Positions 48,095 through 59,786 of a DNA stretch of 64,000 bases are shown here, piece by piece. This DNA comes from Leptogorgia sarmentosa (lineage: Eukaryota): positions 8,866,001 through 8,930,000 of the forward strand of contig OZ210885.1 of NCBI GenBank assembly GCA_964658305.1, given 5' to 3'. Position 1 is the first letter of the stretch; each line of letters opens with the position of its first letter. The notes beneath the pieces were generated by a model. It was not told the DNA's origin. It did no database searches and was given only the letters and a program-made list of their open reading frames with translations. Position numbers and translations under genes: made by a program.

Positions 48095-48553
48095 TACATA
48101 TGAGCTTTTTTAACTGGAGATTATTTTTTGTTTGGAAATTTTCAATGAAATACTGGAAACACTGTTTGCGCGTAGGTCAGTAGGTCAATAATTATGTATG
48201 AGTTGTTAATTTTAGAAAAGATATTTCACCTGGCGCGTGTCATTAAATAAAAACACGCATTGAATAATGAACAGGTGATCGATTTAAAACGTTTGTTGTT
48301 TCCTCTGTTTATCAAACACAGCTCGAATAGCATAAGACATCATGGGAACAGTCAACAGTGTCCTTATGTGTCAGGTTCTTATTGGTGGAACACATCTGGT
48401 TTTGTGTTTAATATTGCAGTAAAACTTATATTTATTTGTCATTTTAACGCGTTTCTCGAAGTAACTGGACAAACCAGCTGCAAGCTTGATCATTAATTGA
48501 TTGTATTCAGGAACTAACAAAAGTACATTTCAAATTTCCGCTTGAGTGGAACG

Positions 48554-49459
48554 ATGAACGACACGGGATATGAAGCTTGCAGATATTCTAATCTTGCAGT
48601 AGTTATATTTGGGATTCTCGGTAATCTCTTGGTTATCATCTCCATACTGAGACAAAAGAATATGTTGAAGAGCAACTACTACTTCCTTGTTTTACATCTT
48701 GCCATCTGTGATCTGGGAGCACTGATCATTCTCCTTTTCTCGTTCCTCGAAGAACCAGTTTTCCATTTCACCAAATTCTATTGTATTGCTGTTTATGCAA
48801 TATCTTTCTTTCAAGTCTCAGGAATTGGTATGATGTTGTTCATTTCAGTTCTTCGTTATCGTGCAACGGTGCATCCCTTAAAACCTGCCGTCAGTCGACG
48901 AAAATTGAAAGTTGGATGTGTTGTGGTGTACATTGTTGGTTTCATTGCGGGTTGTGGACCGAGGGTACCGTCATGCTTGCTGCCTCCGAACGATGACGGA
49001 ATTGTTTATCGCCGTTATAATGGCATTGGTATTTTAATAGTTTTTTTTTTCATCCCAGTCCTATTTATGTCCGTGGCGTACTTCCAAATTGGTCGAGCAC
49101 TGATGAAACAAAACAAGCACATAAAAAGCGTTTCTTCAAATCCTGTGAGACGGAGAGCACCTAGTTCTTCTTTCAATATTCTGACATATTTTCGAAATCG
49201 AAAAACTTTCTTTGTTTGTCTCCTCACAGTTCTTTGTTATGCAGTAGGAAATATTCCTGTAGCTGTGTATCTAATTATGGAGATCGCTAGAGGATATCGT
49301 TTGTTAATGAAATATGTTTGGATTGTTTATTGTGGAAACATTTTGAGCATTGCTGGATGGCACTCTGTCAATCCTCTCATTTATGGAACGTTGGACAAAA
49401 AATTATTCAGGTTTTGGAGATCTTCCAGCACGAAGAGACGGAGATCACCGGAACATTAA
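48554..49459 (+). CDS. Intronless rhodopsin-like (class A) GPCR, orphan
   Basis: Seven hydrophobic segments; GN (TM1), LAICD (TM2), LRY..VHP (DRY position), CYAVGNIP (TM6), NPLIY (TM7). Confidence 0.88.
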   Translation: MNDTGYEACRYSNLAVVIFGILGNLLVIISILRQKNMLKSNYYFLVLHLAICDLGALIILLFSFLEEPVFHFTKFYCIAVYAISFFQVSGIGMMLFISVLRYRATVHPLKPAVSRRKLKVGCVVVYIVGFIAGCGPRVPSCLLPPNDDGIVYRRYNGIGILIVFFFIPVLFMSVAYFQIGRALMKQNKHIKSVSSNPVRRRAPSSSFNILTYFRNRKTFFVCLLTVLCYAVGNIPVAVYLIMEIARGYRLLMKYVWIVYCGNILSIAGWHSVNPLIYGTLDKKLFRFWRSSSTKRRRSPEH

Positions 49460-52304
49460 ACATTTCTTGCACGAGACTGGAAAACCAAGTCATTGAATGG
49501 ATTACCAACTGAATTTGTATATGGCGATATTTGCTTCTCTGGGATGAGACATTTCTCCAGTACGTATACGTAATTCTTCATTTGCACTGCAGACGATAAG
49601 AACATTAGCTAGATATAACTCAGACAGTCGGCATATGTCCGCCAGTTAACAGATTCGCAAGCTTCATGCGTATAATTGTCCATAATAAGACATAACTGAT
49701 TTCCAGTCAAAATTGGTTGATTATCAAATCCTCCACAAATTTTCGTACCTTTACGATTGGCTGGTTAGTTATCAGTTGACGAACACAAAAATAAATATTC
49801 CTGGCGGAGAAACTCTGTGGCAATTTCTCTGAAAAAATACAACTAAAGATTTTACTCATTTTGAAATTTTGACTGGAAGTTCATTTTTTATCGAACTATA
49901 GATTTCTTTATGAACACATTGAATGAACTATTGACTCTTTTGATACTATACAGAGATAATTCACATTTACTTATTGATTGTATCCGTAAATATTTGAGCT
50001 AGGATTTTATTTATAAGTTATGGTATATATATAATCTTACCACAACCAATATAACCAAAATATGGATACGTTGTGACGTAAGATATTGATCAAATTTTGT
50101 AGTGTTTGGCGTTAAAAAAAATGTGAATAGTTTAAATAAGAAATAAACGTATATCTTTGGTGTGTTTAAAATTTTCCATTCTCTTCTGCAACTTGCGGAA
50201 CGCGTGTCAATGCAAAATTTGAGATCCAATTGAATTTTCAATGAGTGGCCGATGCAGGTAGCGAATAACAACATCAACAAGCAGCAAAAGTTCTACTCAA
50301 AATCTAAGCGATACGAACAAATTTAACGTTTGAAACGAACGCTTTTCGTCGGGAATTATTGTGTGGACCGGAAGGGCCTTTGCCAGAAACGTCCAATATG
50401 CATGTTTGTATCGTCTAGGTAGTGATTAGGGCATTGGCTGCTTGGAAATTCGATTTTTATGATCCTTATCCAAGCCATTTACAAAATAACCCAAACCCTG
50501 ATCTTTAAGCAATATCCATTTTTCCCAAATCATTTCCCTTGTTATATTTCACGCTTTGCCTCAAGGGTGGATTAGATGTCCACCTTTAGCCTGCGAACAG
50601 GTGTTCTTGGAATTTGGCCGCAACCGAACGACACGATCTTCCAAAAATTCGGAACTGTAACAGTTGTGTTAATAATATTGATTGAATAGCTTTTTTCGCT
50701 ACATGAAATCTGCTAAGTGAGTTCGTAAAGAAGAAAAAGTTTAATTAAAACAAACGTGTTCAATCTCCTAGTGGTTCAGAGTTTGCAAGTTTTTCTAATC
50801 CAAAATTTAAAATTCAAAAAGAAATTCATCTGAAATTTGAAAGGCCAGCGGATGCACTTTCCTTGCCATTCGGCCATTTTAAGGCTTGTTGTTTTTACGA
50901 ATTGCCGATTGTTTTAGTTTCGAGTATTTATAAAGCAAGTGAATTATATTCACGAGTCCATTGGCGGGGTTTGCTTGATCTTGTCTAAAAAACTTGACCA
51001 TGCATGACACATAATTGAACAGACGTTTTGTGGCTACCTGCAAGCAGGTTTTCTCAGTTTCTCTACACTTGCAACTTTTAACAAATTATATATGGGTAAA
51101 ACTTTTCAACGATATGAAAGAGTAAACCAGTCGTGAATTTTTAAGTCAGGAAACATGCACGCAGCGTTTTCGTATTTTATTTACTCGTTCCCATCTCTCA
51201 AATGGAGAAAATTTCACCAGAAATTGTAACGAAAATTGCCAGCGTCTTAACATGCCTTTTCCAGAACGTAAAATTTCGCAACAAGAATATGAGTAATGAA
51301 CGCATATAACTGGCTCAACAACGAACGTGATGCACCTGCTGTTATGTAAACATTATATTATTAAAATATTTAGTAAAAAATATAGCAGATCTGTCACCTC
51401 TTAATTAACGATGTTTTTCACAAAAGTGCATGAATAATTTCGGTTTAATCAGAAACATTTGGAGACGGTTTAAATTACACTTGCTTGTGGCAGATGTTTG
51501 CCTCTCCCCAATTTGCTTCTGTACCTGTTTTGTTCTGCTCGTGGGCGATTGTGGTCCATATGCTTTATGCTCAATTCTTTTCAAAAGGTAGACCACCGAG
51601 AAAGATCGAATTTCAGACATGAGAACAATGTTTTAGGAAGAAAAAAATACTGTGTAATGCACAACATCCTGTTGTTAACCGATGTCAACTTCGACTGCAT
51701 TATTCTCTACACTCAATATCGCATAAATGTCAAATAGTAAAGTAAATATGAAGAGCGCCGAGAAGTAATTGGCTTGCAGAAGAATAGCGAGTAATTAGTA
51801 TGAAGACAGATAGTGAGTGATACGATAGTAAATTACTAGTTATATATATGCTAGTTGTGATTGTATATTATGGCCGCAATATCCCGGGTTATAATGAATG
51901 AGACTTTATGTTCTTGTAACAAGTTTATTAATCGTAAAAACATTGTTCACGTACTTTTACATGTCATATGGAGAATTTTAGTTCACAGACACATGCTAGG
52001 AAATCTAATATTTAATGGTCTCCATCATCGCTGTCCTCTGTAAAGGTGTAATCTTTTAACATTTTTTTGATCAGAAATTTTCTCTTATCAACAGCTGCTT
52101 GCATATGAATGGCTTCCTATCGACACAGTCATTCAGTCCAACGCTTTCGTGAGTAATCGTTAAAACTCGAGAATTCCAAATGGCAACAGCATTGCCAGAA
52201 AATTTAGCTTTATAACTCCAATCTGAGACAGAAGCTATATGTGAAGGATATACATATGCTATAATGCGGCTTTAGTTATGATACCCACGAATCTATACTG
52301 AAAA

Positions 52305-52340
52305 TAGGGGCGGATCCAGGCCGAAATCTGACCGTATCAG
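52305..52340. repeat. hAT-like terminus
   Basis: TAGGGGCGGATCCAG plus AAATCTGACCGTATCAG subterminal motif. Confidence 0.55.
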
Positions 52341-52804
52341 AAGTTCATTACGGAACTTAAGCAAAGCGGACTCTAGCACCGGAACATGTCAAGAAAAACA
52401 ATCTTCAATTTTACCGTTTTTACACCATTTGCCCTTCATTACGCGAAAAGAGAATCTTATTACGATAATCTTGCACCTTCAGCAATACAAGTGCGAATAT
52501 CAATAACACATTATGTGAAAGTCACTAAGCATGGAAAAAAATTCAATAGCAACAATTTTCGTGGTCATGCGTAAAAGTTGAAAAACACAAATCAAAGATG
52601 GAAATTCAATAAGAATACAAAGGATATTCAAAAAAACAAAAGACGTTTTCACGTGAATACAAGGAATGTTCAATTAGAGAAAAATGTAAGTTGAAAAAAG
52701 AGAACACATAATATGCAATGTGGTTTGAGTCAACATTGAGTCAATACTCGCTCTCTACACATTACACATACACACAATTATCTTATACTGTACACGTAAC
52801 AGAC

Positions 52805-53553
52805 TTAGCCATTAATGTTTTCCCAGGCAAGGCATCGTGGAATATAGCTCTGCATATGCCGGAACCAAGCACCACATTTAGGAATTGTAATTGATTCGAT
52901 ATTTCTTTCCACAGAATCAGCAAGCAGTTGTTTTCTATATTCACCAAGGGGAAGGTGGGTATTTCTTGCCGCATTTCTGTCAGCAAAGCGTTGTTGCATT
53001 GCAGGGCGTGAAATATCTGCTTTAATGCTGGCCTCCAGGCAACTTATCGCTTGCTCCACACTATTTAAGAATGGTGAGTATATTGGCAATATACGCACGT
53101 TTTCGTTGTTCCTTGGTTGCTCAGGTCGTCGATGTGCTGGTGCTCCATCAAAAATGAGATAATGAATTTCATTTTCGTCAAGATGGGTAGCAGTATCAGT
53201 GCGAGAAACTCAGTGAAGGATTCTCTTGTCATCCCACCCATCCGAACTGTGTGATGCACCAAACCAAAGACTTGAGACACCGCAAGGCCAATGGTAAGGT
53301 TCCGCCCTTTTTGTCCACACACTTGCCGATAAGCACGTTCGCCAACGCGAGCCCGACCTTGACTTCTGGCTGTCCAAATATTGAAACCACATTCGTCTAT
53401 GAAGACAGGATGATGAATATTCGCCTCTTCTAAGAACCAGTTGCCATACTGGTGGCGTCTCTCAATTACGTCTGGCCTGTTACGATCAGCTGGAAGTATT
53501 CGCGATAGTTTTAACGAGTACAGCATTCCATCCAAATGTTTACGATTCGACAT
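52805..53553 (-). pseudogene. Tc1/IS630-like DDE transposase remnant (5' truncated, frameshifted)
   Basis: VFIDECGF, IFDGAPAH, LPIYSPFLNSVE; frameshift near 53200. Confidence 0.82.
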
Positions 53554-53764
53554 CGTTACTCTGTTTCAAACGGCAGAAATACCGATTATCAAGTTCTGCC
53601 TACGTCTACATTAAACCTGTACAACTAGTACAGTAACTGCTGTCAGTTACGCCCTAAACTCTTACTTTCCGGGCATAAGCTCAGTGTTAACATTCACCCT
53701 TTTGAGAATTCTTTTTCCTACGCAATATAATTTATGTGGTAGGAAATTCGATGTTTTCATGCGT

Positions 53765-53888
53765 GTCAGGATGGCCGAGCGGTCTAAGGCGCCAGACTCA
53801 AGTGCAAAAACTTGTCACGATCAACCTTGACATAATAGGGCGTTCTGGTCCACACATGTGGTCGTGGGTTCGAATCCCACTCCTGACA
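53765..53888 (+). tRNA. tRNA-Leu(CAA) with 40-nt intron (53803-53842)
   Basis: CCAGA CT CAA G [intron] T TCTGG; GTCAGGA/TCCTGAC acceptor stem. Confidence 0.85.
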
Positions 53889-54031
53889 ACAAATTTTCAA
53901 ATAAATTCAGAACATTTCTTTGCAAAGCTGATCTATTTACACACATTCGATATCACCAAGAATATTTTTCTGTTTTTTTACTGAAAAATTCCAAAGAGAA
54001 AAATATCTCCATTTAAAAAACCTCATATGAA

Positions 54032-54104
54032 TGTTTCCGCCCAGATTCGAACTGAGGACCTTGCGCGTGTTAAGCGCATGTGATAAACACTACACTACGG
54101 AAAC
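54032..54104 (-). pseudogene. tRNA-Val(AAC), D-loop and T-loop substitutions
   Basis: Val body; a further remnant lies at about 54215-54250. Confidence 0.68.
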
Positions 54105-54643
54105 TGACATATGCGCAAACATATAGAAATAGATGTATTCACTTTAATGAATTTTTTTGGGTTTTTATTGAATTTTTCCAAAGAAAATATCTGCTGTTAA
54201 AATAGCTCATATGTATGTTTTCCAGTTCGTTTCCACTACACTACGGAAACGAACTGGAAGAAAATTACAAAACAGAGACAAAGTTTGGGAGATGTGAATC
54301 GATGCAACAAAAAATATGAAGCAAGTTAAAGGTCATGCAGGTCCACGCCAGATTTAAACTGGAGTCCTTCCACTGTGAGACGCATGCAGTAACCAGTGCA
54401 CTACACGAAATGTATAGCAATCCCTCAATTTCACCGTCGAAAACACTAACAAGATAATACAAAAATAACATGAACAGAGTATTTCCGGTGACCATTGAAA
54501 ATTCGCAATGGTTTTAAAATCGTTCGATTTTAACTGCGGTTGATTGAAAAATTTATGGCCACGCTGTCTCTCAAAATTTTCTTCCAAATTCAAATTATAA
54601 ATATTATCGTTATATTCACATTCCGAGAAAAGATAAATGTTTC

Positions 54644-54715
54644 TCCCATGTGGTCCAGTGGTCAGGATCTGGCGCTCTCACCGCCAAGGCCCGGGTTCGA
54701 TTCCCGGCATGGGAA
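54644..54715 (+). tRNA. tRNA-Glu(CTC)
   Basis: Complete cloverleaf; TGGCG CT CTC AC CGCCA. Confidence 0.88.
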
Positions 54716-54998
54716 TAATACTTGCGACAGAAGGGAAAAAATTTGGAATTCGAGATATTAACAAAACTATTGCTATTATACTAGCTCTATCCCTCTTACC
54801 CATTCTTTTGGTGATTTCTGTATTTAAGTCTTTGTTGAAATGATCTTCCTTTTCCACAAAAAAAATGATTTTGCTGATCATGTTTAAAGTGTAAAAATTT
54901 CCAAGAACTTACTCTGATTTATTATTTGAAGGTGTTTAGTGAAAATGTTCGGCATCTTGTTGAAAATGAACATTATAACGAAAGAATTGAGCAACTTT

Positions 54999-55145
54999 GC
55001 GTTGGTGGTTCCTCGCCTGCCACGCGGGAGACCGGCTGGGGTTCGATTTTGTAGCACAGGGATAGTGAAAAAGTTATCACTCCCATATGTTTTTGGGGTT
55101 AGGATCTGGCGTTTTCACCGCCATGGGCCTGGGCCAATTCCCGTA
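54999..55145 (+). pseudogene. Deleted tRNA-Gly(GCC) and tRNA-Glu(TTC) remnants
   Basis: Partial bodies in the same order as 43542/43698. Confidence 0.6.
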
Positions 55146-55280
55146 TTATCACGTGTTTTTATGAAATAAATTAACTCCAAAAATTTTGTTTCGGGTCACA
55201 CTTCTCATACAATCTCGAGAGTTAAGTACATACCTTGTAACCAATTACAAAAAAGGAAATGGATGAACACTTATTCACAA

Positions 55281-55353
55281 AGCCTCATCAGACAATTGAA
55301 CTCTGGACCCCTGGTTTACGAAACCAGTGCTCTAACCCCTGAGCTAATGAGGC
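55281..55353 (-). tRNA. tRNA-Thr(CGT), T-stem mismatch
   Basis: Inverted paralog of 45070. Confidence 0.72.
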
Positions 55354-55507
55354 GACATGCTAAAATCTTCATAGCATGTTTTTTCCAACATAGTACTCTA
55401 GCTTTCAATAGCTTTTTTATTTCATCAGTTTTAACTCACTGAACAGCACATGGAATACAATCTAGGCGTTTGTCTTCCACGTTCTTCATTGTTTTCGAAG
55501 AAAATAA

Positions 55508-55580
55508 AGCCTCATCAGTGATTTGAACTCTGGACCCCTGGTTTACAAGACCATTGCTCTAACCACTGAGCTAATGAGGC
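55508..55580 (-). tRNA. tRNA-Thr(TGT), stem mismatches
   Basis: Inverted paralog of 44847, but loop CT TGT AA. Confidence 0.7.
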
Positions 55581-55820
55581 AACTCAAACGCTTGCTGTAG
55601 AATTATATTACTTTCCCATCCTGCACTGATGTGATGTTTCAAAATGGTAAAAATAAGAGTGAAGATTATGCACTTGTTTTCATTCTTTGTAAAACGTTAC
55701 TATTTTGTCTTTGATTGATTTATAATATCGAATATATTTCAAGCTAGTAAGCGGTACTCTGAGTCCCACTTTAAGATTATTTCGCATTCTCAAAACTAAC
55801 TTTTTGATAACGATACTTTG

Positions 55821-55894
55821 AGCCTCATCAGAGATTTCAACTCTGGACCCCTGGTTTACAAAGACCAGTGCTCTAACCACTGAGCTAATGAGGC
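55821..55894 (-). pseudogene. tRNA-Thr(TGT) with 8-nt anticodon loop
   Basis: CTGGT CTTTGTAA ACCAG; T loop TTGAAAT. Confidence 0.68.
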
Positions 55895-56139
55895 AAATTC
55901 TTCCCTTTGTAAACTCAGAATATAAATCCAATTACGGCATTAATTGCCGATAGCATCAGAGGCCAGTTGAACGAAATTCCAACAACTTTCTCGATTGGAT
56001 AGTGATTTTTTCAACTGATGCAAATATCGACAAAATGTTGTAAAAGTGCACATATGGGCGTGGCAATCAATAAATGAAGCAGCTTGTGTTCACATTCTCA
56101 AACTCGTTCTCTGAAACCAAACCATTTTAACAGCGCTAC

Positions 56140-56212
56140 GACCTTGTGGCGCAATTGGTAGCGCGTCTGACTCCAGATCAAAAGGTTAAGTGTTCAATTC
56201 ACTTCAAGGTCA
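56140..56212 (+). tRNA. tRNA-Trp(CCA)
   Basis: Inverted paralog of 46122; one anticodon-stem mismatch. Confidence 0.78.
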
Positions 56213-56309
56213 AGCGCCTCTGGCCACGCTGTCTTTCGAAATTTTCTTCCAAATTCAAATTAAAAATATTATCGTTATTTTCACATTCCGAGAAAAGATA
56301 AAATGTTTC

Positions 56310-56381
56310 TCCCATGTGGTCCAGTGGTCAGGATCTGGCGCTCTCACCGCCAAGACCCAGGTTCGATTCCCGGCATGGGAA
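56310..56381 (+). tRNA. tRNA-Glu(CTC)
   Basis: Glu body with a T-stem mismatch. Confidence 0.75.
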
Positions 56382-56681
56382 TAATCCTTTCGCGAGAGAA
56401 GGAAAAAAATGTGCAATTCGGGAAATTAGCAAAACCGTTGCTATTATACTAGCTCTATCCCTCTTACCCGTTCTTTTGGTGTTTTCTGTATTTAAGTCTT
56501 TGTTGACATGATATAGCTTGCTTTTCCACACAAAAAATAGATTTTAATGATCATGTTTAAGGTCTAACAATTTCCTAAAACATACTTTTATCTATCATTT
56601 GAAAGTGTTGGGTGAAAATGATAGGCAACTTGAATTGTGGAATATGAACATTATAACGAAAAAAAAAAGTTGGGCAACTTT

Positions 56682-56766
56682 GCGTTGGTGGTTCAGTGGT
56701 ATAGAATTCTCGCCTGCCACGCCCTGCCACGCGGGAGACCGGGGTTTCGATTCCCCCGCTAACACA
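56682..56766 (+). pseudogene. tRNA-Gly(GCC) with 10-nt anticodon-loop duplication
   Basis: CCTGCCACGC CCTGCCACGC; extra bases in the D and T loops. Confidence 0.7.
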
Positions 56767-57174
56767 GATTATTATACATTTAACATTCATTCTCGTTCCT
56801 GATTGGTCAGAAAGCACCCGCTAATTCTCAGTATTCGGTATTTATTAAGTATTTTCCGCCGATGACGTCATCAGCGTCCAATAATAATTTTTTTGGATCG
56901 AACTTGCATCCAAAAAAAAAATTATTGGACTCTCTCGTGCCCAAGCCCCAGCGCTGTCAAAAGCTATTCTATATTTGTTTATTATTTTCATTTTTTCATC
57001 CATTTTATTCCCAAGCAACCTTGGGCCTACGTCCCACGCGGTCACCTCGGAGTGTAGGTCAGTTGTAGATGTTAATTTTGTATTTGAATATAAAATAGAA
57101 AAAACAGAAGTCCGTGAATTGATTATAGCTGCGTTTGAAAGTATACGTACCTAATTAACCCAGTCGACTACACA

Positions 57175-57246
57175 GGGAGTGTAGCTCAGTGGTAGAACAT
57201 TCGACTGCAGATCGAGAGGTCGGTGGTTCAAATCCGCCCGCTTCTT
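57175..57246 (+). pseudogene. tRNA-Cys(GCA), degenerate
   Basis: Paralog of 23334 with D-stem and acceptor changes. Confidence 0.68.
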
Positions 57247-57366
57247 CTTATCATACCTATAAACTGGAAAATTATCAAATTCTTTAAAGCAGGCTGATGG
57301 GAAATATGCGACCCAAAGAGTTGAGATGCATATACTACGATTCGTGTTAAATCTGTCCACCAATAC

Positions 57367-58044
57367 CATAGGTAGCCCAACGCACGCTTGACGTAGTATT
57401 TATTAGTATATAAATATTGTAAGGTTGGCAAGTAAACAATAACATGACTCGCTACCGCTTAAAATAAGGCGAAAAAATCAACCTCTTGCGAAAAAACTTC
57501 GCTAAAAAATAGCAGCCCCTACTTCTAGGATAGTATTACTAAATATGTACAACGTTTTCAGGCAACAAAACGTGTGAAAAAGTCGAAAAAATACCAAAAG
57601 GTTCTTTCAATTTGCCGTGTCTCGATGCTGGATGCCTGTTGCCGTGCAAAAATTGCCGAATACGCGATCCTATTGGTTATAAATAAACCGACATAGCAGC
57701 CCACCAATAGGATCGCGTATTCGTTATTTCAAACGGCAATTTTTGCACGGCAAAAGCCATCCAGCATCGAGACACGGCAAATTAAGAGAAACTCTTCGTA
57801 TTTTTTCGACTTTTTCACACGTTTTGTTGCCTGAAAACGTTGTACATATTTAGTAATACTATCCTAGAAGTAGGGGCTGCTATTTTTTAGCGAAGTTTTT
57901 TCGCAAGAGGTTGATTTTTTCGCCTTATTTTAAGCGGTAGCGAGTCATATTATTGTTTACTTGCCAACCTTACAATATTTATATACTAATTAATACTACG
58001 TCATGCGTGCGTTGGGCTAGCCTAACCCTAACCCTAACCCTATG
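57367..58044. mobile_element. P-superfamily-type foldback MITE with telomere-like repeats in one TIR
   Basis: CATAGG..CCTATG termini, inverted arms of about 300 bp, 7-bp TSD CCAATAC (57360-57366, 58045-58051). The empty site is visible in the paralog near 23506. Confidence 0.88.
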
Positions 58045-58141
58045 CCAATACGTGAAAACGATTACTAAAATATTTTGTTGGATTTTACTGGCAAATTGAA
58101 AATTTATTCATTTCGAAGTGCAAGCGAAGGTCAATGCCTAT

Positions 58142-58190
58142 GTAGTCGTGGCCGAGTGGTTAAGGCGACAGACTTGAAATCTGTTGGGAA
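58142..58190 (+). pseudogene. tRNA-Ser(TGA) 5' fragment
   Basis: Truncated in the variable arm. Confidence 0.68.
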
Positions 58191-58226
58191 ATTTATATTT
58201 CTTTTTGGAAAGTTTTTAATGGGTCA

Positions 58227-58232
58227 GTCTCT

Positions 58233-58276
<44 letters not shown>

Positions 58277-58300
58277 TTGGTTCGAGTCCAACCAGGGACG
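58227..58300 (+). tRNA. tRNA-Asn(GTT)
   Basis: Complete; TTCGG CT GTT AA CCGAA. Confidence 0.88.
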
Positions 58301-58421
58301 TGTTTGGTGTGATGTTATTCAGACATCGTGACGGTAAAGGTAACGGAATTTTTTGCGTGGTGTTTTCTAAGGATTACGGAAGCTTTCAAAAAACAGAACG
58401 TCTTACTTGGTTAATTAACTA

Positions 58422-58493
58422 GGGCTTGTACGGGAATCGAACCCGTGACCTCTCGCACCCAAGGCGAGAATCATACCACTAGGAAAGCAAGCC
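58422..58493 (-). pseudogene. tRNA-Pro(TGG), D arm mutated
   Basis: CTCGC CT TGG GT GCGAG. Confidence 0.7.
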
Positions 58494-58739
58494 ATTGATT
58501 GTATCAAACTGTTCTCTATTGTACTTTGTACTGACGAAGAAAAATATGGGATTAATGTAATATCTCAACCGTTGCAACTCGAGAGAGGGGATTCTGTTCT
58601 CGACGGAAAAAAGTCACGTGATGACATATGCCGTGAATGAGTTTGTATTTAAATGCAAAATTGACAAAACAGAGGCAATGAAAAAATTGATACTTTCCGT
58701 GAAGGTATATGTAGGTAAGTAACCTAGGTCGTCTACACA

Positions 58740-58790
58740 GGGAGTGTGGCCCAGTGGTGGAGCATTCGACTGCAGATCGAGAGGTCGGTG
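58740..58790 (+). pseudogene. tRNA-Cys(GCA) fragment
   Basis: 3' end deleted. Confidence 0.62.
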
Positions 58791-58862
58791 TTATCACACC
58801 CATAAACTGGAAATCTTCAAAATTCTTGATTTATTCATTTCGAAATACAAGGCAATTCCCAC

Positions 58863-58944
58863 GTAGTCGTGGCCGAGTGGTTAAGGCGACAGACTTGAAA
58901 TCTGTTGGGAAATTCCCGCGCAGGTGCAAATCCTGTAGACTACG
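58863..58944 (+). pseudogene. tRNA-Ser(TGA), B box mutated
   Basis: GGTGCAAATCC in place of GGTTCAAATCC. Confidence 0.7.
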
Positions 58945-59195
58945 ATCGCACCTCTAGCTTTCAAATATCAGACTGTTACTCTGTACGGCGCAGTCTTTCT
59001 ATTTTGTATCAACATCAATATTTCCTCCGATAAATTTTAGCCTGGGTTTGCTCATTCAATGATTTCTAAGCACCTGATCTTTTCATAAACTTGCCACCGT
59101 ATAAAGCATACAATTCAACGTATACATATTAATGATTGTACTATTGAAGAAGGAAATATTTTGGACGTTTGTCCTTCTTGTGAACACGAATCCAT

Positions 59196-59447
59196 AGGCC
59201 TGATTCCACGGGCGATATTTCTTGGCGAAATGCGAGAATTTTCGCGCGAAATAATTGTACGCATGCGTCATAAAGGCAAGTAAGATTTCTCGAGAAAAAT
59301 TTCGCTTCCTCAGTGAGTAGAAATCAGTTCTACTCACTGCGAAAGCGAAAAATGTGGGAGAATTCAATAGAATCGTTCATGTGCAACCATCCGCATTTCG
59401 CAGACACAATTTTTCGCGAAAGATTTCGCCGTCGTGGAATCAGACCT
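59196..59447. mobile_element. MITE (Harbinger-like termini)
   Basis: AGGCCTGATTCCACG / CGTGGAATCAGACCT inverted ends; TSD unclear. Confidence 0.6.
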
Positions 59448-59450
59448 TAA

Positions 59451-59786
59451 AGGGGCAGTGTCACCATTTTTTGTGCTCAGAACAATGTAGAAATTGTCAG
59501 AAAATACTAAAATACTATAATAATTCGCTTTAGTTTTGGCCCAAAAGAGTAGTTACCACCAATTGTGCATGCTTTGTAAGCATGCCAACTTTGAAAACTA
59601 CAGGCTGTAGTTTTCAAGTTTGGTGGCCTTGGGACAATAAACACAATTTTTAAAAGTCTGTCATAGTCAATCTTTGGTTTTATCTCTGAAACAATGATCA
59701 ACTACCCTATCTGAGCGATTTTCAACGATTTCTAAACCTTTTCCTGCTATGCGCAAAAAAGATGCGCGAATGGTGACACTGCCCCT
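59451..59786. mobile_element. Kolobok-type MITE
   Basis: AGGGGCAGTGTCACCATT TIRs; TTAA on both flanks. Confidence 0.82.

Noticed and set aside
50365..50425. Degenerate Penelope-like hammerhead terminus (GAAGGGC-TTT-GCC-AGAAACGTC)
   Set aside because: The CTGANGA core is absent and no RT or GIY-YIG sequence is nearby; too weak to call.
54341..54410. Highly degenerate tRNA-Val(CAC)-like sequence on the minus strand
   Set aside because: Too many mismatches to support a call by eye.
58021..58042. (CCCTAA)n as a chromosome end or healing site
   Set aside because: The repeats lie inside a TSD-bounded MITE.
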